Assembly (NCBI GenBank): GCA_045644465.1 | Contig: JAZRGV010000006.1 | Coordinates: 63,339-127,338 of the forward strand | DNA length: 64,000 bases | From: Bacteroidaceae bacterium | Lineage (GTDB): Bacteria; Bacteroidota; Bacteroidia; Bacteroidales; Bacteroidaceae | Reading direction: 5' to 3' | Shown here: positions 27,891-37,844 of the stretch, in pieces | Layout: the number at the start of each line of letters is the position of its first letter | Numbering within the stretch: position 1 is the stretch's first letter | Notes under the pieces: model-generated | What the model was told of the DNA's origin: nothing | The model's input: only the letters and a program-made list of their open reading frames with translations | Database searches by the model: none | Position numbers and translations under genes: made by a program

Positions 27891-29264
27891 TTATAGGTTC
27901 TCTTTTTCCCACTCTCTAAACTGAATCCATAACATTATTATAGTGAGCATTGCTGCAATTACATCTGAAATAGGCATACTATACCAAACACCTTTCTCGC
28001 TAATGAAAAGCGGAAGGATTAACAATAATGGTATTAGTAATAATACCTGTCTGGTTAATGATAGGAATATTGATTTCTTAACCTGTCCAATACTTTGGAA
28101 AAAATTTGTTGTTACAAGCTGGAAACCAATCAAAGGCATGAATATTGACATTACTCGCATTGCCCATGCCGACATTTCTATAAGTTGTGCCTCTGTGGTA
28201 AAGGCTTTTGCTACGGTTTCGGGGAAAAATTCACATATGATAAATCCCAATGTGGTAACGGCGGTTCCCCATAAGATTGTAAGCGTAAGAGTCTTGCGTA
28301 CTCGGTCGTGATGGCGTGCTCCGTAATTATAGCCAACAATAGGTTGCATGCCTTGAGTCAATCCAAGTACCACCATTACGAATATAAACTGCATCCTGTT
28401 TGCAATGCCGTATGCAGCAATAGACATATCTCCGTCTGTTCCATAATTGCGTAATCCTTTGTTAATGATAATAACAACAATACATGCGGCTGCATTTATG
28501 AAAAATGGTGACATTCCAATGCTGAGTATGCCTTTGACAATATCTCTCTTTAGTTTATAAATTCCTCGTTGCAGATGTAGCAGTTCGTTGGGATTGCTTA
28601 ACTGTTTAATCTGCCATGTAAGAGTTATGCATTGTGCTAGGATTGTTGCTGTTGCGGCCCCTCTGATGCCCCAACCAAATATATAAATAAAGAGTGGTGC
28701 CAATATGATATTCATAATCACAGTGATTATTGTGGCATACATTGCTTGTTGGGGATGGCCTGAAGCTCTAAGTGCTGCATTTATTCCAAAATATAAATGT
28801 GTCACGATATTGCCCAAAAGTATTATCTGCATAAAGTCGTGTGCAAATGGGAGGGTTGTTGAACTTGCGCCAAAGAAAACAAGTATTTCGTCAAGAAAAA
28901 ACAGTGATATTGCAGCAAACAGTCCACCGACAATGATGTTGAGCATTACGAGGTTGCCTAGTATATTCTTTGCCGAATCATAATCACGTTGTCCTAATCG
29001 TACCGATAATTGTGTAGCTCCGCCCACACCAATCATAGCACCGAATGCTGCAGAAAGATTCATGAACGGGAATGTTGTCGCAAGTCCTGATATAGCATCA
29101 GCACCTACATTGGGAATGTGCCCTATGAACACACTGTCAATCATGTTATATAATGATGCGGCTGTTTGTGCAATGATTGCCGGAATGGCATATTGCATCA
29201 ATAACTTGCCTATATTTTCTGTACCAAGTTCTGTTGGAACTCTCTTGTTTTTGGTATTACTCAT
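27891..29264 (-). CDS. MATE family efflux transporter
   Basis: 12-TM profile. N-terminus GKLLMQYAIPAIIAQTAASLYNMIDSVFIGH. I start at ATG 29264; the longer track ORF would overlap the mnmA start. Confidence 0.85.
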   Translation of the reverse strand: MSNTKNKRVPTELGTENIGKLLMQYAIPAIIAQTAASLYNMIDSVFIGHIPNVGADAISGLATTFPFMNLSAAFGAMIGVGGATQLSVRLGQRDYDSAKNILGNLVMLNIIVGGLFAAISLFFLDEILVFFGASSTTLPFAHDFMQIILLGNIVTHLYFGINAALRASGHPQQAMYATIITVIMNIILAPLFIYIFGWGIRGAATATILAQCITLTWQIKQLSNPNELLHLQRGIYKLKRDIVKGILSIGMSPFFINAAACIVVIIINKGLRNYGTDGDMSIAAYGIANRMQFIFVMVVLGLTQGMQPIVGYNYGARHHDRVRKTLTLTILWGTAVTTLGFIICEFFPETVAKAFTTEAQLIEMSAWAMRVMSIFMPLIGFQLVTTNFFQSIGQVKKSIFLSLTRQVLLLIPLLLILPLFISEKGVWYSMPISDVIAAMLTIIMLWIQFREWEKENL

Positions 29265-29353
29265 AAAAAATGTAAAGTATCTATGATTCTTATAAAAAAG
29301 TATATCTTTGCAAATTAATTGCAAATGTAAAGAAAAAATACAACATATAATAT

Positions 29354-30439
29354 ATGTCGGCAAAAAAGAGTGTGTTGGTTGGTATGAGCGGTGGTATAGA
29401 TAGTACTGCTGTTTGTCATATGTTGTTATCGCAGCGCTATGAGGTAAAAGGGCTTACATTCATCACTTGCGATTCTGGTGAGGTTGCCGCACGTTCGGCA
29501 AAAGAACTTGCAGCAAGGCTTGGTATAGAGCATCATATAGTCGACGTACGTAAAGAGTTTCGCAAAAAGGTAATAGAGCCGTTTATCGACTGCTACCTTT
29601 CCGGTACCACCCCCAATCCCTGCGTTCTTTGTAATCCAACGGTGAAATTTCGCTTGCTCGAAGAGTGGGCCGATAAGCTCGGTTGTGAGCATATTGCTAC
29701 AGGACACTATGTAAAGGTGGTTTCTGAAAATTTGGGTGCCGAAGAAAAGTATTATATTGTCACAGGAGATGATGACCGTAAAGACCAAAGCTATTTTTTA
29801 TGGAGGCTCACGCAAAAACAACTCTCAAGGCTCCTGCTCCCTCTTGGCGGAATGGATAAACCGTCGGTTGTTGAGTATCTGAAACAAAATGGTTTTGACG
29901 CTCTCGCCAAAGGTGGTGAGAGTATGGAGGTCTGCTTTATACCCGGGGATTACCGTGACTTTCTCAAAGAAAATGTGCCTGATATTGAAGAACGTTTTGG
30001 TAGTGGCTCGTTTGTGGATTGCGAAGGACGTGTGCTGGGCAAACATCAAGGCTATCCATTCTATACTATAGGACAACGTAAAGGGTTTGGTATAGCTCTT
30101 GGCTATCCGGCCTATGTTATAAAGATAAATCCTGTCAAGAATACAGTAATGCTTGGTACTGAAGAGCAACTTGTAACACGCTATATGCTTATAGATGAGC
30201 CGATGTGGGTGTCGGGCATCCCTGAAAATTTGACAGTAAGAGTACGCTACCGCAGTCGCCCTGTGAAATGCAAGGTCCCCGAGCCCGTAGGTGATGGTCG
30301 TTGGCTGGTGTGTTTGCAAGAACCGGTATCGGCTATAACTCCAGGGCAGTCGGCTGTTTTTTATTGTGATAACACTGTTGTCGGTGGAGCCTTTATTGCC
30401 GATCAACGAGGTATAAACCAATGGATTCCAAAGGCATGA
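29354..30439 (+). CDS. mnmA: tRNA 2-thiouridine(34) synthase
   Basis: PP-loop VLVGMSGGIDSTA, ..NPCVLCN..KDQSYFL. Confidence 0.95.
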   Translation: MSAKKSVLVGMSGGIDSTAVCHMLLSQRYEVKGLTFITCDSGEVAARSAKELAARLGIEHHIVDVRKEFRKKVIEPFIDCYLSGTTPNPCVLCNPTVKFRLLEEWADKLGCEHIATGHYVKVVSENLGAEEKYYIVTGDDDRKDQSYFLWRLTQKQLSRLLLPLGGMDKPSVVEYLKQNGFDALAKGGESMEVCFIPGDYRDFLKENVPDIEERFGSGSFVDCEGRVLGKHQGYPFYTIGQRKGFGIALGYPAYVIKINPVKNTVMLGTEEQLVTRYMLIDEPMWVSGIPENLTVRVRYRSRPVKCKVPEPVGDGRWLVCLQEPVSAITPGQSAVFYCDNTVVGGAFIADQRGINQWIPKA

Positions 30440-31629
30440 TAAACGATATAGAAAATCCTCTAACCCTATATTCGCTCAACAACCTTGTTCGCGAGGCTGT
30501 CAATGCTGCATTGCCTGTACGTTATTGGGTGACGGGCGAATTAAGTGAGGTGCGTGAAGCTGTTAACGGACATTGTTATATAGAGCTTGTACAACGTGAC
30601 GAGGCTACAAATGAACTTGTGGCAAAGGCACGCGGCACAATCTGGGCACGTATATATTCTCTTTTGCGTCCATATTTTCTTGAACAGACAGGGCAACCCT
30701 TTGCGCAGGGATTGAAAGTGCTATTGCAGGTAAGTGTCAATTTTCATGAATTATATGGCTATACACTTGATGTATGTGATATAGAACCGGCATACACTAT
30801 TGGCGATATGGCCCGCAAGCGCCAGCTTGTCATAAAAAGGCTCACCGATGAAGGTGTTATTGGGCTTAATAAGGAACTGCAATTTCCTTTGTTGCCACAA
30901 AAAATTGCTGTAATATCCTCATCGGCTGCTGCCGGATATGGTGATTTTTGTGACCAGCTTCATAACAATAGCTATGGTTTTATCTTTTATACAAAGCTCT
31001 TTCCTGCGCCTATGCAGGGAAGTGGTGTAGAGCAGGGGATAATAGATGCGCTCGACAGCATAGCACGTGATTTGGATTTTTGGGATGTTGTTGTAATTAT
31101 TCGTGGTGGCGGTGCTGTCAGCGAACTTTCCTGTTTTGATACATATGAGCTGGCCAATAATTGTGCACAGTTTCCATTGCCCATAATAACCGGTATTGGT
31201 CATCGTCGTGATGAGAGTGTACTTGATATTGTAGCGCATACAAGTGCAAAAACTCCTACTGCAGCTGCTGAACTTCTTGTGCATGCCATGCTTGCACAGG
31301 CGCAGTGGCTGGCCGATGTGCAGCAAGAGGTAGTCTCTGTTGTGCGTAGCAGGATTGATGGTGAAAAACATCGTTTGCAATCGCTTGTGCAGCGTATTCC
31401 CGTTGCTACGGCACTCTTTATGCAGTCACAGCATCATAAATTCGATTTGTGGCAAAAATATATTGATGCTTCCTCTCCCGAACACATTCTTGCTCTTGGT
31501 TACAGTATAACCAGAATAAACGGCAAGGCAGTGCGTTCTACCGATGATGTTATGCCGGGTGACGTGGTGGTTACTTCGGTAGCCGGTGGAGATTTTACAA
31601 GTAAAGTAATAGACAAAAACAAGATATAA
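30436..31629 (+). CDS. xseA: exodeoxyribonuclease VII large subunit
   Basis: OB-fold N-terminus (WVTGELSEV..GHCYIELV) and catalytic domain (VIIRGGGAVSELSCFD). The ATG at 30436 forms an ATGA overlap with the mnmA stop. Confidence 0.9.
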   Translation: MINDIENPLTLYSLNNLVREAVNAALPVRYWVTGELSEVREAVNGHCYIELVQRDEATNELVAKARGTIWARIYSLLRPYFLEQTGQPFAQGLKVLLQVSVNFHELYGYTLDVCDIEPAYTIGDMARKRQLVIKRLTDEGVIGLNKELQFPLLPQKIAVISSSAAAGYGDFCDQLHNNSYGFIFYTKLFPAPMQGSGVEQGIIDALDSIARDLDFWDVVVIIRGGGAVSELSCFDTYELANNCAQFPLPIITGIGHRRDESVLDIVAHTSAKTPTAAAELLVHAMLAQAQWLADVQQEVVSVVRSRIDGEKHRLQSLVQRIPVATALFMQSQHHKFDLWQKYIDASSPEHILALGYSITRINGKAVRSTDDVMPGDVVVTSVAGGDFTSKVIDKNKI

Positions 31630-31835
31630 TGGAAAATATAACCTATGCTCAGGCTGTTGAACGCCTCGAAGAGATTATGAACTCAATCCAAGGCGGTGGA
31701 ATGGATGTCGATAAGTTGGCCGTTGCCCTAAAAGAGGCTACAGCGCTTGTACAGTTCTGTCGTGGAAAATTGTATAAGGTGGATGAGGAAGTTAAGCTGT
31801 TGCTTGATAGTATGGATGATGCTGATATGGAGTGA
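31629..31835 (+). CDS. xseB: exodeoxyribonuclease VII small subunit
   Basis: 68 aa (YAQAVERLEEIMNSIQ), with a 1-nt overlap with the xseA stop. Confidence 0.9.
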   Translation: MENITYAQAVERLEEIMNSIQGGGMDVDKLAVALKEATALVQFCRGKLYKVDEEVKLLLDSMDDADME

Positions 31836-31846
31836 TTTTTAATTAG

Positions 31847-32845
31847 TTATCTTAATCCCAACCATCCACTAATTCTTTTTCCAAGTATTCTATATCCAAT
31901 GATGCAACATAACAAGCTTATCAATATTATTATTGCAGAATTGATAGGGTAAGGCAAATGTTTATAGAACGGTATTAATGTGGAATATCTCATAATCATC
32001 ATATGGGATAGATATATGCCGAAGGAATAATCGCCAAGTAGAATCAAGAACTTGTTTTTTATATTAAATGTGCCATTGATTAGAATAGTGTATATGTACA
32101 AAAGGATTAGAGTGCTTGTCAATAATGAACTTAATTTTAATTGTGTTCCACAGTTGCTGTCTCCCAATAAAAACCAGCCATAACCTTCTGCAATTTGTAT
32201 AAAAATGCTAAAGGCGTATAAAACGATTAGAACTCTTGAAGAATAATTTTTTTTAATGATTCCGTTGCCTAAAAGCAATCCTAAATAGTAGAATGTGAAC
32301 CAACCTAAGCAAGAGTCTGACCAAAGTAAATTAATGTATCCGTTTAGTTCTGTTCCAGTAAGTAAATTATAATATTTGAATATTAATATTGATATAGGTG
32401 AAATGAACCAACCAATATATTGATATTTTGATTTTGCTAAATTAGCTAATAAAGGAGTGAGTAAAACGAATTGGATATATACAAAAATGTAATAGAGGGG
32501 TACACAGGCTTTTGCGGTAATGATATTTTTGATTAAAATCTCTATTCCATTATACTTTATTGCCGGCAAACTATATAAAATAGTCCAAAAGAGATAAGGA
32601 ATTATAACTCTAAATATTCTTTTTTTGTAAAAAGCTTTCCAATTGTTGTTCTCGGTTTTTGTTAGGTAGCCGGAAAGGAAAAGGAATGTTGCTACGGAAA
32701 AATTAATAAATGGTCTGCAAATAACTTGCCATTCCCCTCCCGGAGTTGTATGTATCATTACAACGGCGATGATTGCAAATGCTCGAAAAAACTGTATAAC
32801 ACAGTTCTTGTTCTCTCTTGTCTGTTCGTGTATAAAAGTCTGCAT
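31847..32845 (-). CDS. acyltransferase family 3 (membrane O-acyltransferase)
   Basis: 332 aa, about 10 TM helices. N-terminal motif FFRAFAIIAVVMIHT..FLFLSGYL. The gene is strikingly AT-rich compared with its neighbours. Confidence 0.8.
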   Translation of the reverse strand: MQTFIHEQTRENKNCVIQFFRAFAIIAVVMIHTTPGGEWQVICRPFINFSVATFLFLSGYLTKTENNNWKAFYKKRIFRVIIPYLFWTILYSLPAIKYNGIEILIKNIITAKACVPLYYIFVYIQFVLLTPLLANLAKSKYQYIGWFISPISILIFKYYNLLTGTELNGYINLLWSDSCLGWFTFYYLGLLLGNGIIKKNYSSRVLIVLYAFSIFIQIAEGYGWFLLGDSNCGTQLKLSSLLTSTLILLYIYTILINGTFNIKNKFLILLGDYSFGIYLSHMMIMRYSTLIPFYKHLPYPINSAIIILISLLCCIIGYRILGKRISGWLGLR

Positions 32846-32925
32846 TTCTTATGTAATTATGCCTGCCAAATACCCGAATCAGACTGTCAAAAGCGTACTG
32901 TAAAAAAGAAAGCGGGGTATCTGTA

Positions 32926-33145
32926 CTATGCATGTTTGTCGTTAAGGTCCTAGGAAAACCTGTAGAATAAACATGACATAGCAAGATACCCACGCGTCGG
33001 TATAAAATAAATCCACAAATGTGCATTGGGCTTTCGCCCCAATGCACACTGCGGGTATAGGTATATACCTTCCCGTAGCATCTACTTCTGCAATGTCTTT
33101 GATTCTACGTTTGAATTTCCTAGGTTCTAACGACCAAAAACATAG
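32926..33145. other. inverted-repeat-bounded, hairpin-rich non-coding element (candidate structured RNA or MITE-like relic)
   Basis: The ends 32926-32954 and 33119-33145 are complementary in four blocks (5+3+7+6 positions) and include cctagg at both inner ends. Internal hairpins lie at 33020-33048 (8 + 3-4 bp, with a gaaa loop on the minus strand) and 33052-33075. There is no convincing ORF. Confidence 0.4.
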
Positions 33146-33327
33146 CGTTGGTAAACGCTTTCTCAAATATTTTCACTTCAAAACTCTTTCGGAGAGAGTG
33201 AACTGCTTGCAAAGATAATAAAAAAACATGAATGGATATCACATAATCTAATAAGTATATTTTTATTGTGGCTCTGCTTTTTCTTTTCCATCAAAATGAG
33301 TAACTTCGCGCAGAAATTTAAATAGAT

Positions 33328-34350
33328 ATGAAAGAATTGGATTGGTCAAATATTGGATTCGGATACAGAAAAACCGATTATAATGTGCGTTGTTGCTATC
33401 GCAACGGCGCATGGGGCGAGATTGAGGTGAGCTCCTCGGAATTTATAAACATGCATATGGCTGCTACTTGTCTGCATTATGGACAGGAGGCTTTTGAAGG
33501 TCTTAAGGCTTTTCGTGGTAAAGATGGTAAGGTGAGAATCTTCCGCCTCGAGGCTAATGCAGAGCGTCTGCAAAGTACGTGTGACGGAATTCTTATGCCT
33601 CAGGTGAGTGTGGAATTGTTCCGAGAGATGGTCACAAAAGTGGTAGAACTCAACAAGGATTATATTCCGCCTTACGAGAGCGGTGCATCACTTTATATAC
33701 GTCCTTTGCTCATCGGTACGAGTGCACAGGTTGGTGTTCATCCGGCATCGGAATATATGTTCATTATTTTTGTGACTCCCGTTGGTCCTTACTTTAAGGG
33801 TGGCTTCTCAACCAATCCTTATGTGATAATTCGCGAGTATGACCGTTCTGCTCCTCTGGGTACAGGAAAGTACAAAGTGGGCGGAAATTATGCGGCAAGC
33901 CTACGTGCCAACAAGCTTGCTCACGACAAGGGTTACTCTTGCGAGTTCTATCTCGATGCTAAAGAGAAAAAGTATATCGACGAGTGCGGTGCTGCGAACT
34001 TTATTGGTATAAAGGATAACACTTATGTAACTCCGCTTTCCACATCAATTCTTCCCTCTATAACAAACAGAAGTCTGCAACAGATTGCAAAGGATATGGG
34101 TATGAAAGTAGAGGTACGCCCCATTCCGGAGGAGGAACTTTCTACATTCGACGAGGCAGGAGCATGTGGTACAGCAGCGGTAATCTCTCCAATCGAACGT
34201 ATCGATGACCTTGAGATGGGTAAGTCATACGTATTTGCAAAGGACGGCAAGCCCGGTCCTGTGTGTACAAAACTTTATGAAAAACTGCGCGCTATACAGT
34301 ATGGTGATGCTCCCGATACTTATGGTTGGGTAACTGTTCTTGACATATAA
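33328..34350 (+). CDS. ilvE: branched-chain amino acid aminotransferase
   Basis: 340 aa. HYGQEAFEGLKAFR..GASLYIRPL..YKVGGNYAASL, a fold-type IV PLP enzyme. Confidence 0.9.
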   Translation: MKELDWSNIGFGYRKTDYNVRCCYRNGAWGEIEVSSSEFINMHMAATCLHYGQEAFEGLKAFRGKDGKVRIFRLEANAERLQSTCDGILMPQVSVELFREMVTKVVELNKDYIPPYESGASLYIRPLLIGTSAQVGVHPASEYMFIIFVTPVGPYFKGGFSTNPYVIIREYDRSAPLGTGKYKVGGNYAASLRANKLAHDKGYSCEFYLDAKEKKYIDECGAANFIGIKDNTYVTPLSTSILPSITNRSLQQIAKDMGMKVEVRPIPEEELSTFDEAGACGTAAVISPIERIDDLEMGKSYVFAKDGKPGPVCTKLYEKLRAIQYGDAPDTYGWVTVLDI

Positions 34351-34356
34351 TTTGTT

Positions 34357-35115
34357 ATGGGTAAAGGAAAATTGAAAAAGTTCGCCGATATGGCGCAATA
34401 TGATAATGTCATCGAGCATCCTTTTTCGGTAATTGATGATGTCGCGTTCCCTTTGCGAGGCAACTGGAAACGTGATTTCTTCAAGAATGATAATCCTATT
34501 GTATTGGAACTTGGATGTGGCAGAGGTGAATATACAGTTGCTCTCGCACGTCGTTTCCCCGAAAAGAACTTTATAGGTGTTGATATAAAGGGTGCGCGTA
34601 TGTGGACTGGCGCAACAGACGCCAAGAATGAGGGACTTGCAAATGTGGGCTTCCTGCGTACCAATATAGAGATTATCGACCGTCTGTTTGCACAGGGTGA
34701 GGTAAGTGAGATATGGCTTACATTCCCCGACCCGCAGATGAAGAAATATACAAAGCGTCTTACCTCTTCGCTATTCTTGGCGCGTTATAGGAATATTCTT
34801 TCTGCCGATGCCGTTGTACACTTGAAAACCGACAGCAATTTCATGTTTACCTACACCAAATATATAACAGAGGTGAACAGTTTGCCTGTGGTGGAGTGTA
34901 TCGATGACGTGCATGGCCAGAATGAGGTCAGCGATGTGTTGCAAATACGCACCTATTATGAGTCACAATGGCTGTCACGTGGTATAACAATCAAATATAT
35001 AGCGTTTAACCTTCCTGCGAAAGAACAGTACGAAGAGCCGAACGTAGAGATTGAACTCGATGAATACCGCAGCTACAATCGCAGTAAGCGCAGCAGTCTT
35101 GAAACAAGTAAATGA
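34357..35115 (+). CDS. trmB: tRNA (guanine(46)-N7)-methyltransferase
   Basis: [38 protein letters not shown]. Confidence 0.9.
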   Translation: MGKGKLKKFADMAQYDNVIEHPFSVIDDVAFPLRGNWKRDFFKNDNPIVLELGCGRGEYTVALARRFPEKNFIGVDIKGARMWTGATDAKNEGLANVGFLRTNIEIIDRLFAQGEVSEIWLTFPDPQMKKYTKRLTSSLFLARYRNILSADAVVHLKTDSNFMFTYTKYITEVNSLPVVECIDDVHGQNEVSDVLQIRTYYESQWLSRGITIKYIAFNLPAKEQYEEPNVEIELDEYRSYNRSKRSSLETSK

Positions 35116-35130
35116 TAAAGAGAATCAGAT

Positions 35131-35433
35131 ATGTTCAAACATATAGTAATGTGGCGTTTTATTGATGGCGCTAATGGTAAGAGTAAAACAGAACATGCTC
35201 TTTGGGTGAAGGAAAATCTGGAGGCGCTTGTAGGTGTAGTCCCTGAAATCCGTTCTCTCGAGGTGGGTGTAAATGTATGTGTGGCAGGTACTGCATACGA
35301 TGCTGTGCTTGTCAGTGCTTTCGACGATGCCGAAGCTATGGAACGCTATAAGGTACATCCTGCACATATGGCTGTTGCAGCATATTTCAAAGGTATAACC
35401 GAGGACCGCGCCGAGGCCGATTACAATATTTGA
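35131..35433 (+). CDS. Dabb (stress-responsive alpha/beta barrel) family protein
   Basis: 100 aa: MFKHIVMWRF...YKVHPAHMAV. Confidence 0.8.
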   Translation: MFKHIVMWRFIDGANGKSKTEHALWVKENLEALVGVVPEIRSLEVGVNVCVAGTAYDAVLVSAFDDAEAMERYKVHPAHMAVAAYFKGITEDRAEADYNI

Positions 35434-35443
35434 TTGAGGAATT

Positions 35444-36544
35444 ATGGCATTATATCCAAAACTTATACTTGACGCACTTGAAAAGGTGCGTTATCCGGGT
35501 AACGGAAAGAATCTTGTTGAGGCCGAAATGGTCGATGACAATATATGCATCGACGGAAACAAAGTTAGTTTTTCTCTTATCTTTGAAAAACCAACAGATC
35601 CGTTCATCCGCTCAGTGGTAAAGTCTGCCGAAGCGGCTATACATATGTATGTAGGCAAAGAGGTTGAAATCGAGGGTAATATCAGCGTGGTAAGTCGCCA
35701 GGCTGCACGTCCCGAGGTTGGAAAATTCTTACCGCAGGTAAAGAATGTTATTGCAATATCTTCGGGTAAGGGAGGTGTTGGAAAATCTACGGTTTCTGCA
35801 AATCTTGCCATTGCATTGGCGCGTTTGGGTTACAAGGTTGGTTTGTTGGATGCCGATATATTCGGTCCTTCTATACCAAAGATGTTCAGCGTGGAGGATG
35901 AACGCCCTTATAGCGAAAATATAGACGGTCGCGACCTTATACAACCAATTGAGAAATATGGTGTAAAAATACTTTCTATAGGTTTCTTTGTCGATCCCGA
36001 TCAGGCAATCCTGTGGCGTGGAGGTATGGCGAGCAATGCGTTGAAGCAGCTTATAGCTGATGCCAACTGGGGAGAGCTTGATTATTTTCTAATTGACCTT
36101 CCTCCCGGAACAAGTGATATTCACCTGACTATAGTACAGTGTCTGGCCCTAACCGGTGCGGTTGTAGTAACAACTCCGCAGGAGGTTTCGCTTGCTGCTG
36201 CCATTAAGGGCGTGAATATGTTTATCAATGAAAAGGTTGCAGTGCCTATACTTGGTCTTGTTGAGAATATGGCGTGGTTCACACCGGCAGAACTTCCTGA
36301 CAATAAATATTATATTTTTGGAAAAGAGGGCGGCAAGCGTATGGCAGAGGCTTATAATATTCCATTGATTGGACAGATTCCTTTGGTGCAGAGCATCTGC
36401 GAGAGCGGTGATGCGGGAATTCCTATAGCTATGAGAGCCGATTCTCCCGATGGACAGGCATTCATTCAAGTGGCTGCCGCTTTGGTTGAAAAAACAAATA
36501 AGCGTAACGCGGAATTACCAAAGACAAAGATTGTCGGTCAGTAA
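35444..36544 (+). CDS. apbC: Mrp/NBP35 family iron-sulfur cluster carrier ATPase
   Basis: N-terminal MIP18-like domain, then deviant Walker A ISSGKGGVGKST. Confidence 0.9.
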   Translation: MALYPKLILDALEKVRYPGNGKNLVEAEMVDDNICIDGNKVSFSLIFEKPTDPFIRSVVKSAEAAIHMYVGKEVEIEGNISVVSRQAARPEVGKFLPQVKNVIAISSGKGGVGKSTVSANLAIALARLGYKVGLLDADIFGPSIPKMFSVEDERPYSENIDGRDLIQPIEKYGVKILSIGFFVDPDQAILWRGGMASNALKQLIADANWGELDYFLIDLPPGTSDIHLTIVQCLALTGAVVVTTPQEVSLAAAIKGVNMFINEKVAVPILGLVENMAWFTPAELPDNKYYIFGKEGGKRMAEAYNIPLIGQIPLVQSICESGDAGIPIAMRADSPDGQAFIQVAAALVEKTNKRNAELPKTKIVGQ

Positions 36545-36549
36545 AACAT

Positions 36550-36576
36550 AAAAACGAGGTCAACGACCTCGTTTTT
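36550..36576. terminator. bidirectional rho-independent terminator
   Basis: aaaaacgaggtc aac gacctcgttttt, with A- and T-runs on the two sides, between convergent genes. Confidence 0.8.
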
Positions 36577-36581
36577 ATGTT

Positions 36582-36800
36582 TTATACACCTGTTATTTGG
36601 TAATAGAAATATATAGCCGCTGTTATGAATAAGATGCCTACGGTTCCATATACCCATCGTGCACCATCTCTTCCCAGTCTGTCAACTACAAACCTGGCAT
36701 TTTCAGAGGTGAACAACCAATCCTTGTTGAAAAGTGATGCCCACAAGGCAATAATTCCTGTCAATAGGAATATTACTTGAATGATATGGTGCATTATCAT
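36582..36800 (-). CDS. hypothetical small two-TM membrane protein
   Basis: 72 aa with two hydrophobic helices. It overlaps the thiL stop by 4 nt. Confidence 0.55.
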   Translation of the reverse strand: MIMHHIIQVIFLLTGIIALWASLFNKDWLFTSENARFVVDRLGRDGARWVYGTVGILFITAAIYFYYQITGV

Positions 36801-37840
36801 GCCTGCTCGCTTTGCGGAGTCCAGCCTTGTGCTTTAAGTTCCATCTCCACACCGTCGCGTGTGATGAGTGCAAGCCCCATATTGTCGCTTACAATGTGGC
36901 CGATAACACGTACATCCTTCATTGCTGCGACTTTTTCATGGTCGGCGATAGGAACTGTGAACAGCAACTCGAAATCTTCTCCACCATTGAGTGCACAGGT
37001 GATTACATTGAGGTTCAGTTCTTCGGCCATTATTGCTGTCTGGTAGTCGATAGGGATACGTTCCTCGTATATGCGACAACCAACGCCACTCTGCTTGCAT
37101 ATGTGCATGAGCTCCGATGACAAACCGTCGCTGATATCAATCATAGCAGTTGGTCTTACATTCTCTTCGCGTAGCTTTTCAAGAATCTCCTTGCGTGCCT
37201 CTGGTTTCAGCTGACGTTCCAGAATGTACTCCTTGCCCTGGAAATCGGGTTGCATATCCTTGCCGGCTGTTGCAATCTTTTCACGTTCAAGCAGTTGCAA
37301 GCCCATGTATGCTGCTCCAAGGTTGCCGGTAACGCATATAAGATCTGTCTCTTTAGCACCATTGCGCTTTACTGCAGTTCCTTTTGGGGCTGTACCAATG
37401 GCTGTGATGCTTATTGCCAGTCCGGTGAGTGATGACGATGTGTCACCGCCTACAATGTCAACTCCATATTGCTGGCATGCGAGTCGCATTCCTGAATATA
37501 GCTCTTCTACATCCTCTATACAGAATTTACGGCTCAAGGCTAACGATACGGTAATCTGCTTGGGAGTACCGTTCATAGCATATATGTCTGAGATGTTAGC
37601 AACAACAGCCTTGTAGCCAAGGTGCTTCAAAGGGAAATATGTAAGGTCAAAGTGTATGCCTTCCATCAGCAGGTCTGTAGTTACAAGTACCTCCTCGTCG
37701 TTACTGAACTGCAGAATAGCTGCATCGTCGCCGGTACCTTTCACCGTTTCCTTGTTATTTATTGTCAACTCCTTGGTAATCTGTTCGATAAGCCCAAATT
37801 CTCCTAATGAGGAAATCTCTGTGCGTTTTGTCGTGTTCAT
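36797..37840 (-). CDS. thiL: thiamine-phosphate kinase
   Basis: GEFGLIEQI..GDDAAIL..TTDLLMEGIHF..GYKAVVANISDIYAMNG..GGDT. Confidence 0.9.
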   Translation of the reverse strand: MNTTKRTEISSLGEFGLIEQITKELTINNKETVKGTGDDAAILQFSNDEEVLVTTDLLMEGIHFDLTYFPLKHLGYKAVVANISDIYAMNGTPKQITVSLALSRKFCIEDVEELYSGMRLACQQYGVDIVGGDTSSSLTGLAISITAIGTAPKGTAVKRNGAKETDLICVTGNLGAAYMGLQLLEREKIATAGKDMQPDFQGKEYILERQLKPEARKEILEKLREENVRPTAMIDISDGLSSELMHICKQSGVGCRIYEERIPIDYQTAIMAEELNLNVITCALNGGEDFELLFTVPIADHEKVAAMKDVRVIGHIVSDNMGLALITRDGVEMELKAQGWTPQSEQA

Positions 37841-37844
37841 GGTT

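Noticed and set aside
32942-33218. Listed ORFs of 74 aa (minus) and 65 aa (plus) in the long acyltransferase-ilvE gap
   Set aside because: Both run straight through the strong hairpins, have odd composition and no start context. The region is better explained as structured non-coding DNA.
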